Shown in pieces: positions 26,676 to 34,609 of a stretch of DNA of 64,000 bases. The stretch is taken from positions 1-64,000 of IMG/VR virus record IMGVR_UViG_3300032285_003287; one strand, written 5' to 3'. The stretch is from a virus. The notes under the pieces were generated by a model, which did not search any database, had not been told where the DNA came from, and saw only the letters and a program-made list of their open reading frames with translations. A program made the position numbers and the translations under genes. The number at the start of each line of letters is the position of its first letter. The first letter of the stretch is position 1.

Positions 26676-26941
26676 TATTTTACTCCTAGGGATTTGATGG
26701 TTTTGTTGAACTCCTGTTCCTGCTTGATCCGATATGCCTCTGGATCTTGAAACGGAGTCTGTGCGTAGGAGACATCGTTCCAATGAAAGGAAGGGACGCC
26801 CCATGAGTTAGCCTCGTAGGTTGCGGCACTATGCTTGACAGCAAGGTGCGCCCAGTAGAGGGAGGTTGCGAGTGAGTCGATCACACCAAAGGTGAGGGCG
26901 ACGATTGCGATGATACCGATTTGCTTTGTGGTGTTGTTCAT
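26675..26941 (-). CDS. small membrane protein
   Basis: MNNTTKQIGIIAIVALTFGVI...AVKHSAATYE...FHWND. Confidence 0.65.
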   Translation of the reverse strand: MNNTTKQIGIIAIVALTFGVIDSLATSLYWAHLAVKHSAATYEANSWGVPSFHWNDVSYAQTPFQDPEAYRIKQEQEFNKTIKSLGVK

Positions 26942-26972
26942 ATTCTTATTGAATGCGGTGTTGGTATTTTTA

Positions 26973-27230
26973 TTAGTTGTGGGGCTTGTTGGCTTCCTCA
27001 CCAAAATAGTTTGCGATGCCTTCATCCCAGTTTTCGGCAACGGAATCGCATAGCCTTTCCAAAAGCTCACGGAGCCTTGCGACCTCGTTGGTTTTCTCGG
27101 CGAGTTCGCGTTCTAGTTCTTCGGCATGGTTAGCCATGTATACATAGGCTTCATAATCGGTTCTTAAATTACAAAAGGCTTTGTTTCTTTCGACATCAGT
27201 CCTCGGCGTTGGTGTGGTTTCGGGGTTCAT
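26973..27230 (-). CDS. TPRTD-motif coiled-coil protein
   Basis: TPTPRTDVE...AEELERELAE. Confidence 0.7.
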   Translation of the reverse strand: MNPETTPTPRTDVERNKAFCNLRTDYEAYVYMANHAEELERELAEKTNEVARLRELLERLCDSVAENWDEGIANYFGEEANKPHN

Positions 27231-27257
27231 AGAGTAATTAAAATTCTTTTTTATTGT

Positions 27258-27392
27258 TCAGTCAACCCAAATGTTCGGGTTGCCATGCTCTTGCACGATG
27301 GCTTCCAGTTCGTCGAGCCAAGCCTCGTATTCAGAGGCGTAAGCGGCGAGATCTTCAGCGGCGAATTGTTTAGGGTCGATTAGTAGTTCCAT
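27258..27392 (-). CDS. small acidic protein (44 aa)
   Basis: MELLIDPKQFAAEDLAAYASEYEAWLDELE...; leaderless promoter. Confidence 0.6.
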   Translation of the reverse strand: MELLIDPKQFAAEDLAAYASEYEAWLDELEAIVQEHGNPNIWVD

Positions 27393-27515
27393 GATTAGAG
27401 CATAGCACCGGCATCGTAGATTACAACACTTTTTTTTGAATTTTTTTCGTGCCATAAAGAAAAAAGCTTGACAGCGCAATGGTGTGCATGGTACAATTGT
27501 GTAAGACAACCGCCG

Positions 27516-27561
27516 CCGGGCTGGGCCGGGCGCTGTAAGCTGTTGATCTTCAGCTACTTAT
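27516..27561. repeat. element B, copy 11, behind a plus-strand promoter
   Basis: TTGACA(27468)..TACAAT, gtaagacaa, CCGGGCTGGGCCGGG-cgct-gtaagctgttgatcttcagctacttat. Confidence 0.9.
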
Positions 27562-27562
27562 G

Positions 27563-27727
27563 TTAATGCTTGTAACCCCATGTGACTGAGGCAGTTATCA
27601 TTGCGGCAGAAACCCAGTAACTAACATCACCAAACTTGCCAGCAAACGCCCATCTTGTGGCGTTGATAACATAGAGGGACATAATGACATAGTTAAAGAA
27701 GCGAGGATCAGTGATGAATTTGTACAT
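27563..27727 (-). CDS. small membrane protein
   Basis: MYKFITDPRFFNYVIMSLY...YWVSAAMITASVTWG. Confidence 0.6.
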   Translation of the reverse strand: MYKFITDPRFFNYVIMSLYVINATRWAFAGKFGDVSYWVSAAMITASVTWGYKH

Positions 27728-27852
27728 ATTATTTTTGGTATTTTTCTTTTCGCCTGTAGATTTTTTTACTAGGAACAGCGCGTTGTACAGGTGCATACGG
27801 CTGTCTTACCTTGATATCTTTCAGTTGTATCGCAAATCGTTCGGTTTTCATT

Positions 27853-28083
27853 CTATTCTGCTGGGCAGTTCTCCCAGTACCAGTCGTTGTACATTTCCTT
27901 CCATTCTGCCTTGAAGTAGTCCATCTGTGCGGCGGTGTAGCTGAACAGATAGTTCAGACGAGCGACAATGGGAGCGATGTCGTTCTCTGTGAACGATTGC
28001 TCCATCGTCTGCCAGAGGGAGTTCTCGTTCATGGAACGGAGGATGAGTTCTTGTGTGGTGTTGTTGGTGATGTCAATTTTCAT
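27853..28083 (-). CDS. hypothetical protein
   Basis: 76-aa ORF with leaderless-type promoter. Confidence 0.65.
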   Translation of the reverse strand: MKIDITNNTTQELILRSMNENSLWQTMEQSFTENDIAPIVARLNYLFSYTAAQMDYFKAEWKEMYNDWYWENCPAE

Positions 28084-28121
28084 GTTTAGAGTATGAGTGT
28101 TGAGGGTTGATTTGTCGAGAA

Positions 28122-28409
28122 CTATTTTTTGAGTTGCATCTCTAATTGACGGATTTTTTGCTCAAGCTCTTTCGTGTGTCTACGATAGAAAGCCAGATCC
28201 TGTTCATAGGTTCCAACCGCAAAAATCAGATTTTCGATTTGCTGATCTTTGGTTCCCGACATGATGATCGGATCGTCGAAGCGTTCCTTGTTCATTCGCT
28301 TCTGTTCCCTGTCCATCAGATCGGACTGGATTCTTTCGTGTCTAGCTTCTGGCGTTTCACCGCCACAGACGACTTTGAAGCTACGGAGTGGGTATTTGTA
28401 TGATCTCAT
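28122..28409 (-). CDS. hypothetical coiled-coil protein
   Basis: 95-aa ORF in the minus-strand run. Confidence 0.65.
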   Translation of the reverse strand: MRSYKYPLRSFKVVCGGETPEARHERIQSDLMDREQKRMNKERFDDPIIMSGTKDQQIENLIFAVGTYEQDLAFYRRHTKELEQKIRQLEMQLKK

Positions 28410-28413
28410 ATTT

Positions 28414-28548
28414 TTATTTCCTTTCGATGTAGTTGTTTAGATTGTTGATGACTGCTTGATTCGCCTTGGTGATCTCTTCCAGCTTTTTAGCAAAGGCAAG
28501 GAGGCGAACTTCTAGGGGATTCTGTTTGGGGGCTTTTCTTCTTTTCAT
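28414..28548 (-). CDS. small basic protein (44 aa)
   Basis: MKRRKAPKQNPLEVRLLAFAKKLEEI...; TTGCAA-17-TAGAAT-type promoter. Confidence 0.55.
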   Translation of the reverse strand: MKRRKAPKQNPLEVRLLAFAKKLEEITKANQAVINNLNNYIERK

Positions 28549-28600
28549 GATTCTATTCTGTCAGGTTTTCCGATTATTGCAAGATTTATTTTTTCTTTTT

Positions 28601-28756
28601 TTATTCTTCCTCTGGTTCAAACTCTGCCCATTCTCCGCAATCCTTGCAGAGAGCGATGAAGCCATTCTGTTCTAGAACGGGTGATAGTGGGCTATTCGTT
28701 GCGCCACAGCAGTTGCTGACTAGCTTTACCTCTTTGAGTGTTTCTTTATCTTTCAT
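28601..28756 (-). CDS. small Zn-ribbon protein
   Basis: SNCCGA...CKDCGEWAEF. Confidence 0.65.
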   Translation of the reverse strand: MKDKETLKEVKLVSNCCGATNSPLSPVLEQNGFIALCKDCGEWAEFEPEEE

Positions 28757-28882
28757 GCTATGAGCATAGCCTAGAACACTGAAAAACACAAGATCTTTTT
28801 TTCGTTTGTGTGAATTTTTTTTGACGATTGTGCTTGACGGCGAGGCGGCTTTCTGTTATACTACCCTGTAAGACAACCGCCG

Positions 28883-28928
28883 CCAGGCGGGGCCCGGCGC
28901 TGTAAGTTGTTGATACTGAGCTACTTAC
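28883..28928. repeat. element B, copy 12, behind a plus-strand promoter
   Basis: TTGACG(28834)-17-TATACT, gtaagacaa, CCAGGCGGGGCCCGG-cgct-gtaagttgttgatactgagctacttac. Confidence 0.9.
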
Positions 28929-29076
28929 GCATTCTGCCTTTGCCACACTCTGGCGTATATGTTATATACGCGGGTTTCGTACGCCTTATTGCTACCTAAC
29001 CTGATACCGCGTCGACGTAGCGTTTCCGCTACGTGACGCTTCAGCTGTATCTGTTGGACTATTGTCATACAAGCTA

Positions 29077-29235
29077 TTAGTGATGGCGATGATTGCTAGT
29101 GCCTGCGAAGTGGCCCGATGTGCCACGACTGCCACGACCAGAGATGCCGCTGTTGTGCGTCTTGGCCTGTGATGTAGCAGGGATGAGGATAGCGAGGGCG
29201 AGTGAGATGATTGCGATGTGTGCTGTGCGGTTCAT
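29077..29235 (-). CDS. small secreted Gly/His-rich peptide (52 aa)
   Basis: MNRTAHIAIISLALAILIPATSQA|KTHNSGISGRGSRGTSGHFAGTSNHRHH. Confidence 0.6.
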   Translation of the reverse strand: MNRTAHIAIISLALAILIPATSQAKTHNSGISGRGSRGTSGHFAGTSNHRHH

Positions 29236-29260
29236 ATGGTATGTTGTGTTGGTTGTTGTA

Positions 29261-29350
29261 TTAGTGGTTGCAGATTTGGTCAGCGAAGTAGCAGATGCCG
29301 ATGAAGCAAGCGATGTTGCCTAGTGCTAGGAGTGAGACAATGATCTTCAT
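29261..29350 (-). CDS. small hydrophobic peptide (29 aa)
   Basis: MKIIVSLLALGNIACFIGICYFADQICNH. Confidence 0.5.
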   Translation of the reverse strand: MKIIVSLLALGNIACFIGICYFADQICNH

Positions 29351-29354
29351 GTGA

Positions 29355-29468
29355 TTACTTGGAGAGAATCTCAAGAGTGATGACGATGAGACCGACAGCC
29401 GACAGCGATAGGAAGCCGAAGGCGAGGAACGATGCGATGATGAGGACTGACTCGATGTGGTGTTTCAT
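29355..29468 (-). CDS. small membrane peptide (37 aa)
   Basis: MKHHIESVLIIASFLAFGFLSLSAVGLIVITLEILSK; CA-rich leader. Confidence 0.55.
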   Translation of the reverse strand: MKHHIESVLIIASFLAFGFLSLSAVGLIVITLEILSK

Positions 29469-29486
29469 GTGTTGTTGTGTTGTGGG

Positions 29487-29633
29487 TTAGCGTGACTGAA
29501 GAAAGGTCTTTGCCTCAAGCAAGGCGTTGCTTGCGTAGTAGTAAGCCTTCATGCGAAGCGTGTTGCCTAGACGAGCGTGGCGGCATGACTGATTGTAGAA
29601 GCTCTGTGAGAGAGTGTAGATTGTGGTGATCAT
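29487..29633 (-). CDS. hypothetical protein (48 aa)
   Basis: TTGACA-17-CATACT-6nt-ATG. Confidence 0.6.
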   Translation of the reverse strand: MITTIYTLSQSFYNQSCRHARLGNTLRMKAYYYASNALLEAKTFLQSR

Positions 29634-29671
29634 GGTTAGAGTATGAGTGAATGTGGTTATTGTGTCAACGA

Positions 29672-29785
29672 TTATTTCTTTGGGATCCAGAAGCCCTTGT
29701 CCCACAAGCTACGCTTGACCTCTGCCTGCTTCTTGAGTTCGATTCTGCGAAGCTCGATGATTCGCTGTTTGGTTTCTTTGTTCAT
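29672..29785 (-). CDS. small basic protein (37 aa)
   Basis: TTGACA-16-TATAAT-6nt-ATG; stop inside the aaaTAAtcgTTGACA repeat. Confidence 0.6.
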   Translation of the reverse strand: MNKETKQRIIELRRIELKKQAEVKRSLWDKGFWIPKK

Positions 29786-29822
29786 GGTGTGATTATAGAG
29801 ATTGAGGTGATTGTGTCAACGA

Positions 29823-29975
29823 TTATTTGATGCAGATTGGAAGTGCGCCGTATGGTGAAGGATTGGCGATGATGTAGGCGATCACCTTCTCGACCTGCTT
29901 CCTGTTCGCCTCAGCGATGAGGAGATTACGAGCGACCATCTTCTGTTCTAGCGTTTGCTTGTTCTTATCTTTCAT
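29823..29975 (-). CDS. hypothetical protein (50 aa)
   Basis: MKDKNKQTLEQKMVARNLLIAEANRKQ...; stop inside the same repeat. Confidence 0.6.
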   Translation of the reverse strand: MKDKNKQTLEQKMVARNLLIAEANRKQVEKVIAYIIANPSPYGALPICIK

Positions 29976-30375
29976 GGATTCATCCTATCAGCATCCAAAC
30001 AAAAACACAAGAACTTTTTTTATTTTTTTTCGTGTGCGCTACCGCACCACCCCGCCAAGCATTGTATGACAATCGTATGACAACGCGAATCCCCCCCCTT
30101 TTTTGAAAAAAAGTGCTTGACTTTAGCCCGGAAGCGGTCGGGTGGGTCCAATTTCCTTCTCCCCTAATAAAAATACCTATCTAATTCAGAAATCTCGCCG
30201 CTTTGAATGGTTTTAAATAAATAAATCAGCGGCTCGAACACCGCTCGACGCCAGTGCGAGCAGTAAAACTGATCTAAATATATAAGAACCCCCCACTAAT
30301 TATAAAAACCAGTATAATAACTAATTATTAATATAATTATCAAATTAAAAATACCGGGCGCGGTGATTTAATCGA

Positions 30376-31209
30376 CTACCCCATAAACTGCCTAATAACT
30401 TCTTCAGTATTTTCTATTTCTACGTCCTTATATGCAAGATGGTTGATACTACCATCGCTATTTTTCATACTTTCTGGTAATGGATCTGGGTATTTTTTAC
30501 TTAGTACTCTAGTAAATTTAACTCCAACCTCTTTTCCTAGCCATTCGTATAGTGGATAATCATAACCGTGTGCTCTTATCTCTAAAACATTAGTATTTGG
30601 TTGCATATACATTATATTGCTTAAACCGGCGCCGTGAACCCCCACAACATACTTGGCACTATTAAATGCAATTATTTGTTCGCGCGCGCTCATCTTTTCC
30701 GGGTAGATAACATGAACGTTGTCCGAATATTTTTCCATTTCTGTTTTTATACTATTAAGGCATTCTTCACTAAAATTTCTACAGGTTGTATTATTTGACT
30801 TGTCCCTTTGTATAATTAGCGCACAATTGGGTACAGGCTTTTCTCCTATTAATATATTGCGCGAAACATGACCGGCAATTTCTTTTGCCAAAGAAAAATC
30901 ATGGTGCTGCATACGTATTGGTATAATATTTTCGCTATAATTATATTCTTCTGCGGTTTTTAGCACGTGTCGCCTGTCATAAAATGGTAATTCAGATGGG
31001 CTTTTATAACTAGTAGTCAGTGGCGCATATAACTCCGCCCAGTCTTTAAACTCTCCAAAATATAATATTTTTGATTCTGGATACAATTGTATTTGCTTGT
31101 ATGCGTGTGCACATAAATTAAAAGTAAAATGAAAATAATTGCCACCTATGCCATCATGTGCGATAACAATGGTTTTACCGCTCTCGGGAAAGTGGTTATT
31201 ATTTTTCAT
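30376..31209 (-). CDS. glycosyltransferase family 61 (DUF563)
   Basis: NYFHF, IIQR..RN, MSAREQIIAFNSAKYVVGVHGAGLSNIMYMQPNTNVLEI; ATG at 31209 preferred. Confidence 0.85.
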   Translation of the reverse strand: MKNNNHFPESGKTIVIAHDGIGGNYFHFTFNLCAHAYKQIQLYPESKILYFGEFKDWAELYAPLTTSYKSPSELPFYDRRHVLKTAEEYNYSENIIPIRMQHHDFSLAKEIAGHVSRNILIGEKPVPNCALIIQRDKSNNTTCRNFSEECLNSIKTEMEKYSDNVHVIYPEKMSAREQIIAFNSAKYVVGVHGAGLSNIMYMQPNTNVLEIRAHGYDYPLYEWLGKEVGVKFTRVLSKKYPDPLPESMKNSDGSINHLAYKDVEIENTEEVIRQFMG

Positions 31210-31319
31210 ATGCGTGTAATAATAAGTAAGTCTAAATATGCAAGCATATCTAAAAAGACTAGTAGCCAAATTCTTTCTATGGCTATTAGAAAAAGAATAG
31301 ATTAATTAATTATTAATTA

Positions 31320-31583
31320 TTAACTGATCTTGTTCCAGAAGAAGTTTAATATCTTCTGCCAAAAGCTGGGCTCCCTAACAATTTCTGGCGTAGGGGCCAA
31401 CAGGCGCCGTTTAACGGCTTTCTTGACCGTTCCGCAGCCATTACAGCAGCGCCTCTCGTTATATTTCGGCGCGCCCGAACACTCGGACGGCGTTGGTGTG
31501 GGGTCAGGTTTCGCCAGTCCTGCCCCACGCCCTTTACGCCGACTACCGGAAATCTTTTTCTTAGTTGCATGGTTTTTAATCAT
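31320..31583 (-). CDS. hypothetical basic protein
   Basis: 87-aa ORF ending FWQKILNFFWNKIS. Confidence 0.55.
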   Translation of the reverse strand: MIKNHATKKKISGSRRKGRGAGLAKPDPTPTPSECSGAPKYNERRCCNGCGTVKKAVKRRLLAPTPEIVREPSFWQKILNFFWNKIS

Positions 31584-31641
31584 AATATTATTATATAGTC
31601 GGATAAACGAATATATAAATTAATTTTTATTCGCCGGGGCA

Positions 31642-31842
31642 TTATTGTTGCTCGTTCTCAAGATTTTCAGCTTCCATTTCTCTTATTGTTTCTACTATAT
31701 AGTCCAAATCTTTAGTTAATTCTGGAGTTCTAGGATAGTTCTCCTTACTGGCTAATGATAAAAACTTATTTTTTAGTGCGCGTATGACAAAATCCTCTGC
31801 CTCTAATTGTCCCTTGGTCTTATTATTTTTAAACCAATTCAT
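31642..31842 (-). CDS. hypothetical protein
   Basis: MNWFKNNKTK... Confidence 0.55.
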   Translation of the reverse strand: MNWFKNNKTKGQLEAEDFVIRALKNKFLSLASKENYPRTPELTKDLDYIVETIREMEAENLENEQQ

Positions 31843-31853
31843 CCGGGCGCCTG

Positions 31854-32072
31854 TTAAATGCTTTCGAGCTGAACCCGTTCGCCAACGCGAACCTCTTTGG
31901 CCCAAAAGATATCAGTGCCACTATATATCTTATACTTACGGTTAAGATTATTATATTCAATAATACGTCCATAACGCCAATTCCTAACCGGCGTCTCAAG
32001 AAACTCCACGTTCTCATTCAATTTAAAATTATTTTTATTTAATTTATTATTATTGTTAGCGCTCTTGTTCAT
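31854..32072 (-). CDS. small SH3-like protein
   Basis: FKLNENVEF...WRYGRIIEY...YKIYSG. Confidence 0.5.
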   Translation of the reverse strand: MNKSANNNNKLNKNNFKLNENVEFLETPVRNWRYGRIIEYNNLNRKYKIYSGTDIFWAKEVRVGERVQLESI

Positions 32073-32200
32073 AAGTTTATTTATTTTGTTTTAATATTAA
32101 TATACGACGTTTTTTGTCGTATATATGTTATTATAGTATTATAATATATTCTAGCCCAAAAAGCAATTTTAATGTAATTATATAATAGTTAAGCATTTAT

Positions 32201-32455
32201 ATGAATAAAACCTGCGGCTTATGTAAAAAAGAACTGGATGTGTGTTCTTTTAGCGTTAACCGCCGCAGTAAAGACGGGCTTCACGCTTGGTGTAAAGCGT
32301 GTTGCCGCCGGGCTGAAAAAATTAGGTATAATATAGTTAAAGAAGAGCGCGTCAAGCAGGTGCGCGAATGGCAGAAGAATAATTTAGATAAGGTTAGTAG
32401 TTATAAAAAAAATTGGCGAGCCAAACAAGAGTCTGACCCGCCAACCGAAGGTTAA
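32201..32455 (+). CDS. Zn-finger protein (HNH-associated DNA-binding domain only)
   Basis: KTCGLCK...F..NRRSKDGLHAWCKAC. Confidence 0.7.
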   Translation: MNKTCGLCKKELDVCSFSVNRRSKDGLHAWCKACCRRAEKIRYNIVKEERVKQVREWQKNNLDKVSSYKKNWRAKQESDPPTEG

Positions 32456-32464
32456 ATATAAAAA

Positions 32465-32971
32465 TTACTTAACCGTCTGCACCTTTATTTTTTTCGTCTT
32501 TGCGGCGGCGAGTTTTGAAATAGAGATATATAGTACTCCATGGTCTAGTTTCGCATCTACTGTTTCTACATCTGCGTTCTTTGGTAGTGTAACGCTGTCA
32601 TAATACTTCAGGCTGTCCTGCTCTGCCTTGATATGTAGCAAGCCGTTTTCGGTTGATACGTCCAAGCTAGAAGCGCGGAATCTGGGTAATTCTGTTTCAT
32701 AAGTATATTTTTCACCCTCTTCCTTCCACGGGTTGAGTTTGGCAATACTGAACTTCGGGCTAGTTATCGCATCAAACTGATTGAATAGATCGGGCCATCT
32801 TTGCGCCCACCTATCAATCGGCCAGAACGCGTCTAAGTGCGTATTGCCTACGGTTAGACTATCTCCTGTATTGGCTGGATAATTATCCCCAAACCAAGAG
32901 GCAGAAGGTAATCCATTTTTAGGTACTAGTGAAATGCTCATTAAAGAGCTAGCTGTGTTTGGTATTTTCAT
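32465..32971 (-). CDS. small heat-shock protein (Hsp20)
   Basis: ELPRF....LDVSTENGLLHIKAE...LPKNADVETVDAKLDHGVLYISISK...KKIKV. Confidence 0.88.
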   Translation of the reverse strand: MKIPNTASSLMSISLVPKNGLPSASWFGDNYPANTGDSLTVGNTHLDAFWPIDRWAQRWPDLFNQFDAITSPKFSIAKLNPWKEEGEKYTYETELPRFRASSLDVSTENGLLHIKAEQDSLKYYDSVTLPKNADVETVDAKLDHGVLYISISKLAAAKTKKIKVQTVK

Positions 32972-33037
32972 AAATGTTACAATATTGAGACACAACTTTT
33001 GTTGGAATGTTCAAAATATTTTTGTAATATATATATA

Positions 33038-33718
33038 GTGAAAGAATACGAGTATCTTATTGTCAGTGATCTTCATCTTACTAGTCTAGTTGCTCAGACC
33101 GAAAAGTTTGAAAATGTCATAAAAAAATATAAGGCAAAAAATATTATATTAAATGGTGATATAATAGATGTGAACCATACTCATAAATTAAAAAAACAAG
33201 ACTGGAAAATACTCAGCACACTGAGTAAATTAACTAAACATAGTAACTGTTATTGGAATGCCGGGAATCACGATATAGAAGTTTCCGGTTTACTGTCTGA
33301 GTTTATAGGTTTTAAGCATGGGCTTGAGCGTGTTTTTAAAATAGGCGCCCAAACAATATGCGTAACTCATGGAGACAAGTTTGATTCGTTTATTGGAGAC
33401 CACCCTTTAATAACAAATATCGCAACTGGATTATATTACTGGCTACAGGCTGTAGACCCAAAAGAACAGCGCATTCCTAGGTTCTTTAAGAAAAGAAGTA
33501 AGAACTGGATCAAAGCGGCCGAGCGTGTCAAGAAGAATGCATTAACTTACGCGGAAAATAATGGATATTCCGCGATAATATGCTCACACACTCATCATGG
33601 AGAATTAACTGTGTCGGATAAATCAATCTGCTACACAAATACAGGATGCTTTACATATAAAACTTGTAGTTTTGCTACAATCGATAAAGAAGGAAATATT
33701 GAGCTACATGAGGTGTAA
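33038..33718 (+). CDS. calcineurin-like metallophosphoesterase (LpxH-like)
   Basis: SDLHL, LNGDIID, GNHD, THGDKFD, SHTH, YTNTG. Confidence 0.9.
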   Translation: MKEYEYLIVSDLHLTSLVAQTEKFENVIKKYKAKNIILNGDIIDVNHTHKLKKQDWKILSTLSKLTKHSNCYWNAGNHDIEVSGLLSEFIGFKHGLERVFKIGAQTICVTHGDKFDSFIGDHPLITNIATGLYYWLQAVDPKEQRIPRFFKKRSKNWIKAAERVKKNALTYAENNGYSAIICSHTHHGELTVSDKSICYTNTGCFTYKTCSFATIDKEGNIELHEV

Positions 33719-33850
33719 TAATATATAGTTCGTGAAAAAGTTGGTCATAAAGCACACAGAGTTTACTGCCTACCAACAGAACCGTTGTCCCTTCGTCATA
33801 TTCTCTCTGGAGAATTTTAATTCCAGAAAATAATACAATTTTATAAACTT

Positions 33851-34609
33851 ATGAGTCACAAGAAAAAAACTCCACCGAAATCTGCAGATCAACCTAAAGA
33901 TACTTCTCCGTATGTAGATAAAAAACGTACTAAAACTACTATACAATTAACATTAAGAGAATTGCCTTGGACAGATAAGCAGAAAGAATTCTTTAAGGTA
34001 GCCCTAGATAAAAATACTAAAGTAATGATTGTCAAGGGAGTCGCTGGTACAGCTAAGACATTACTTGCTGTTTACTGCGCCCTAAAGAAAATTAGCGAAA
34101 AGAAATCTGCTGAAATATATTATAGCCGCGTTCCTGTTGAAAGTTCTATTCATGGAATAGGTTACATTAAAGGAACTACAGATGAGAAGATGTCTCCATA
34201 TATACAACCCCTTGTGGATAAACTTCACGAACTGCTTCCAGAACCACAAGTTAGGGCTTTAATGGCAGATGACCGAATCAAAGGGTTACCACTAGGGTTT
34301 CTTCGCGGATTAAACATTTCTAATGCCTCGTTTATCATGGACGAAGCGCAGAACTGCAGAGTAGAAGACTTTCTATTAGTGATGAGTCGTATGGCTAATT
34401 TTTCTAACCTATTTGTGATCGGTGACGAACAGCAGTCCGATATTAAACAAAGCGGTTTTAACCGTGTTTATAACTCATTTAATACTGATATTGCAAAACA
34501 GCATGGTATTCATACTTTCGAGTTTACAAAGGAAGACATTGTGCGTTCTGAGATCTTGTCCTATATTATCGAGACGTTCGAGAATATGAGGCTTAAGATT
34601 GTGAGTTAG
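33851..34609 (+). CDS. phoH: PhoH-family ATPase
   Basis: GVAGTAKT, GFLRGLN, IMDEAQN, GDEQQSDI, DIVRS. Confidence 0.93.
   Translation: MSHKKKTPPKSADQPKDTSPYVDKKRTKTTIQLTLRELPWTDKQKEFFKVALDKNTKVMIVKGVAGTAKTLLAVYCALKKISEKKSAEIYYSRVPVESSIHGIGYIKGTTDEKMSPYIQPLVDKLHELLPEPQVRALMADDRIKGLPLGFLRGLNISNASFIMDEAQNCRVEDFLLVMSRMANFSNLFVIGDEQQSDIKQSGFNRVYNSFNTDIAKQHGIHTFEFTKEDIVRSEILSYIIETFENMRLKIVS

Noticed and set aside
12569-28928. Element B as CRISPR repeats, IS/MITE ends or plain terminators
   Set aside because: Units are 0.4-2.4 kb apart with whole genes between them; no transposase or target-site duplications; no U-tracts, and core orientation does not follow gene direction
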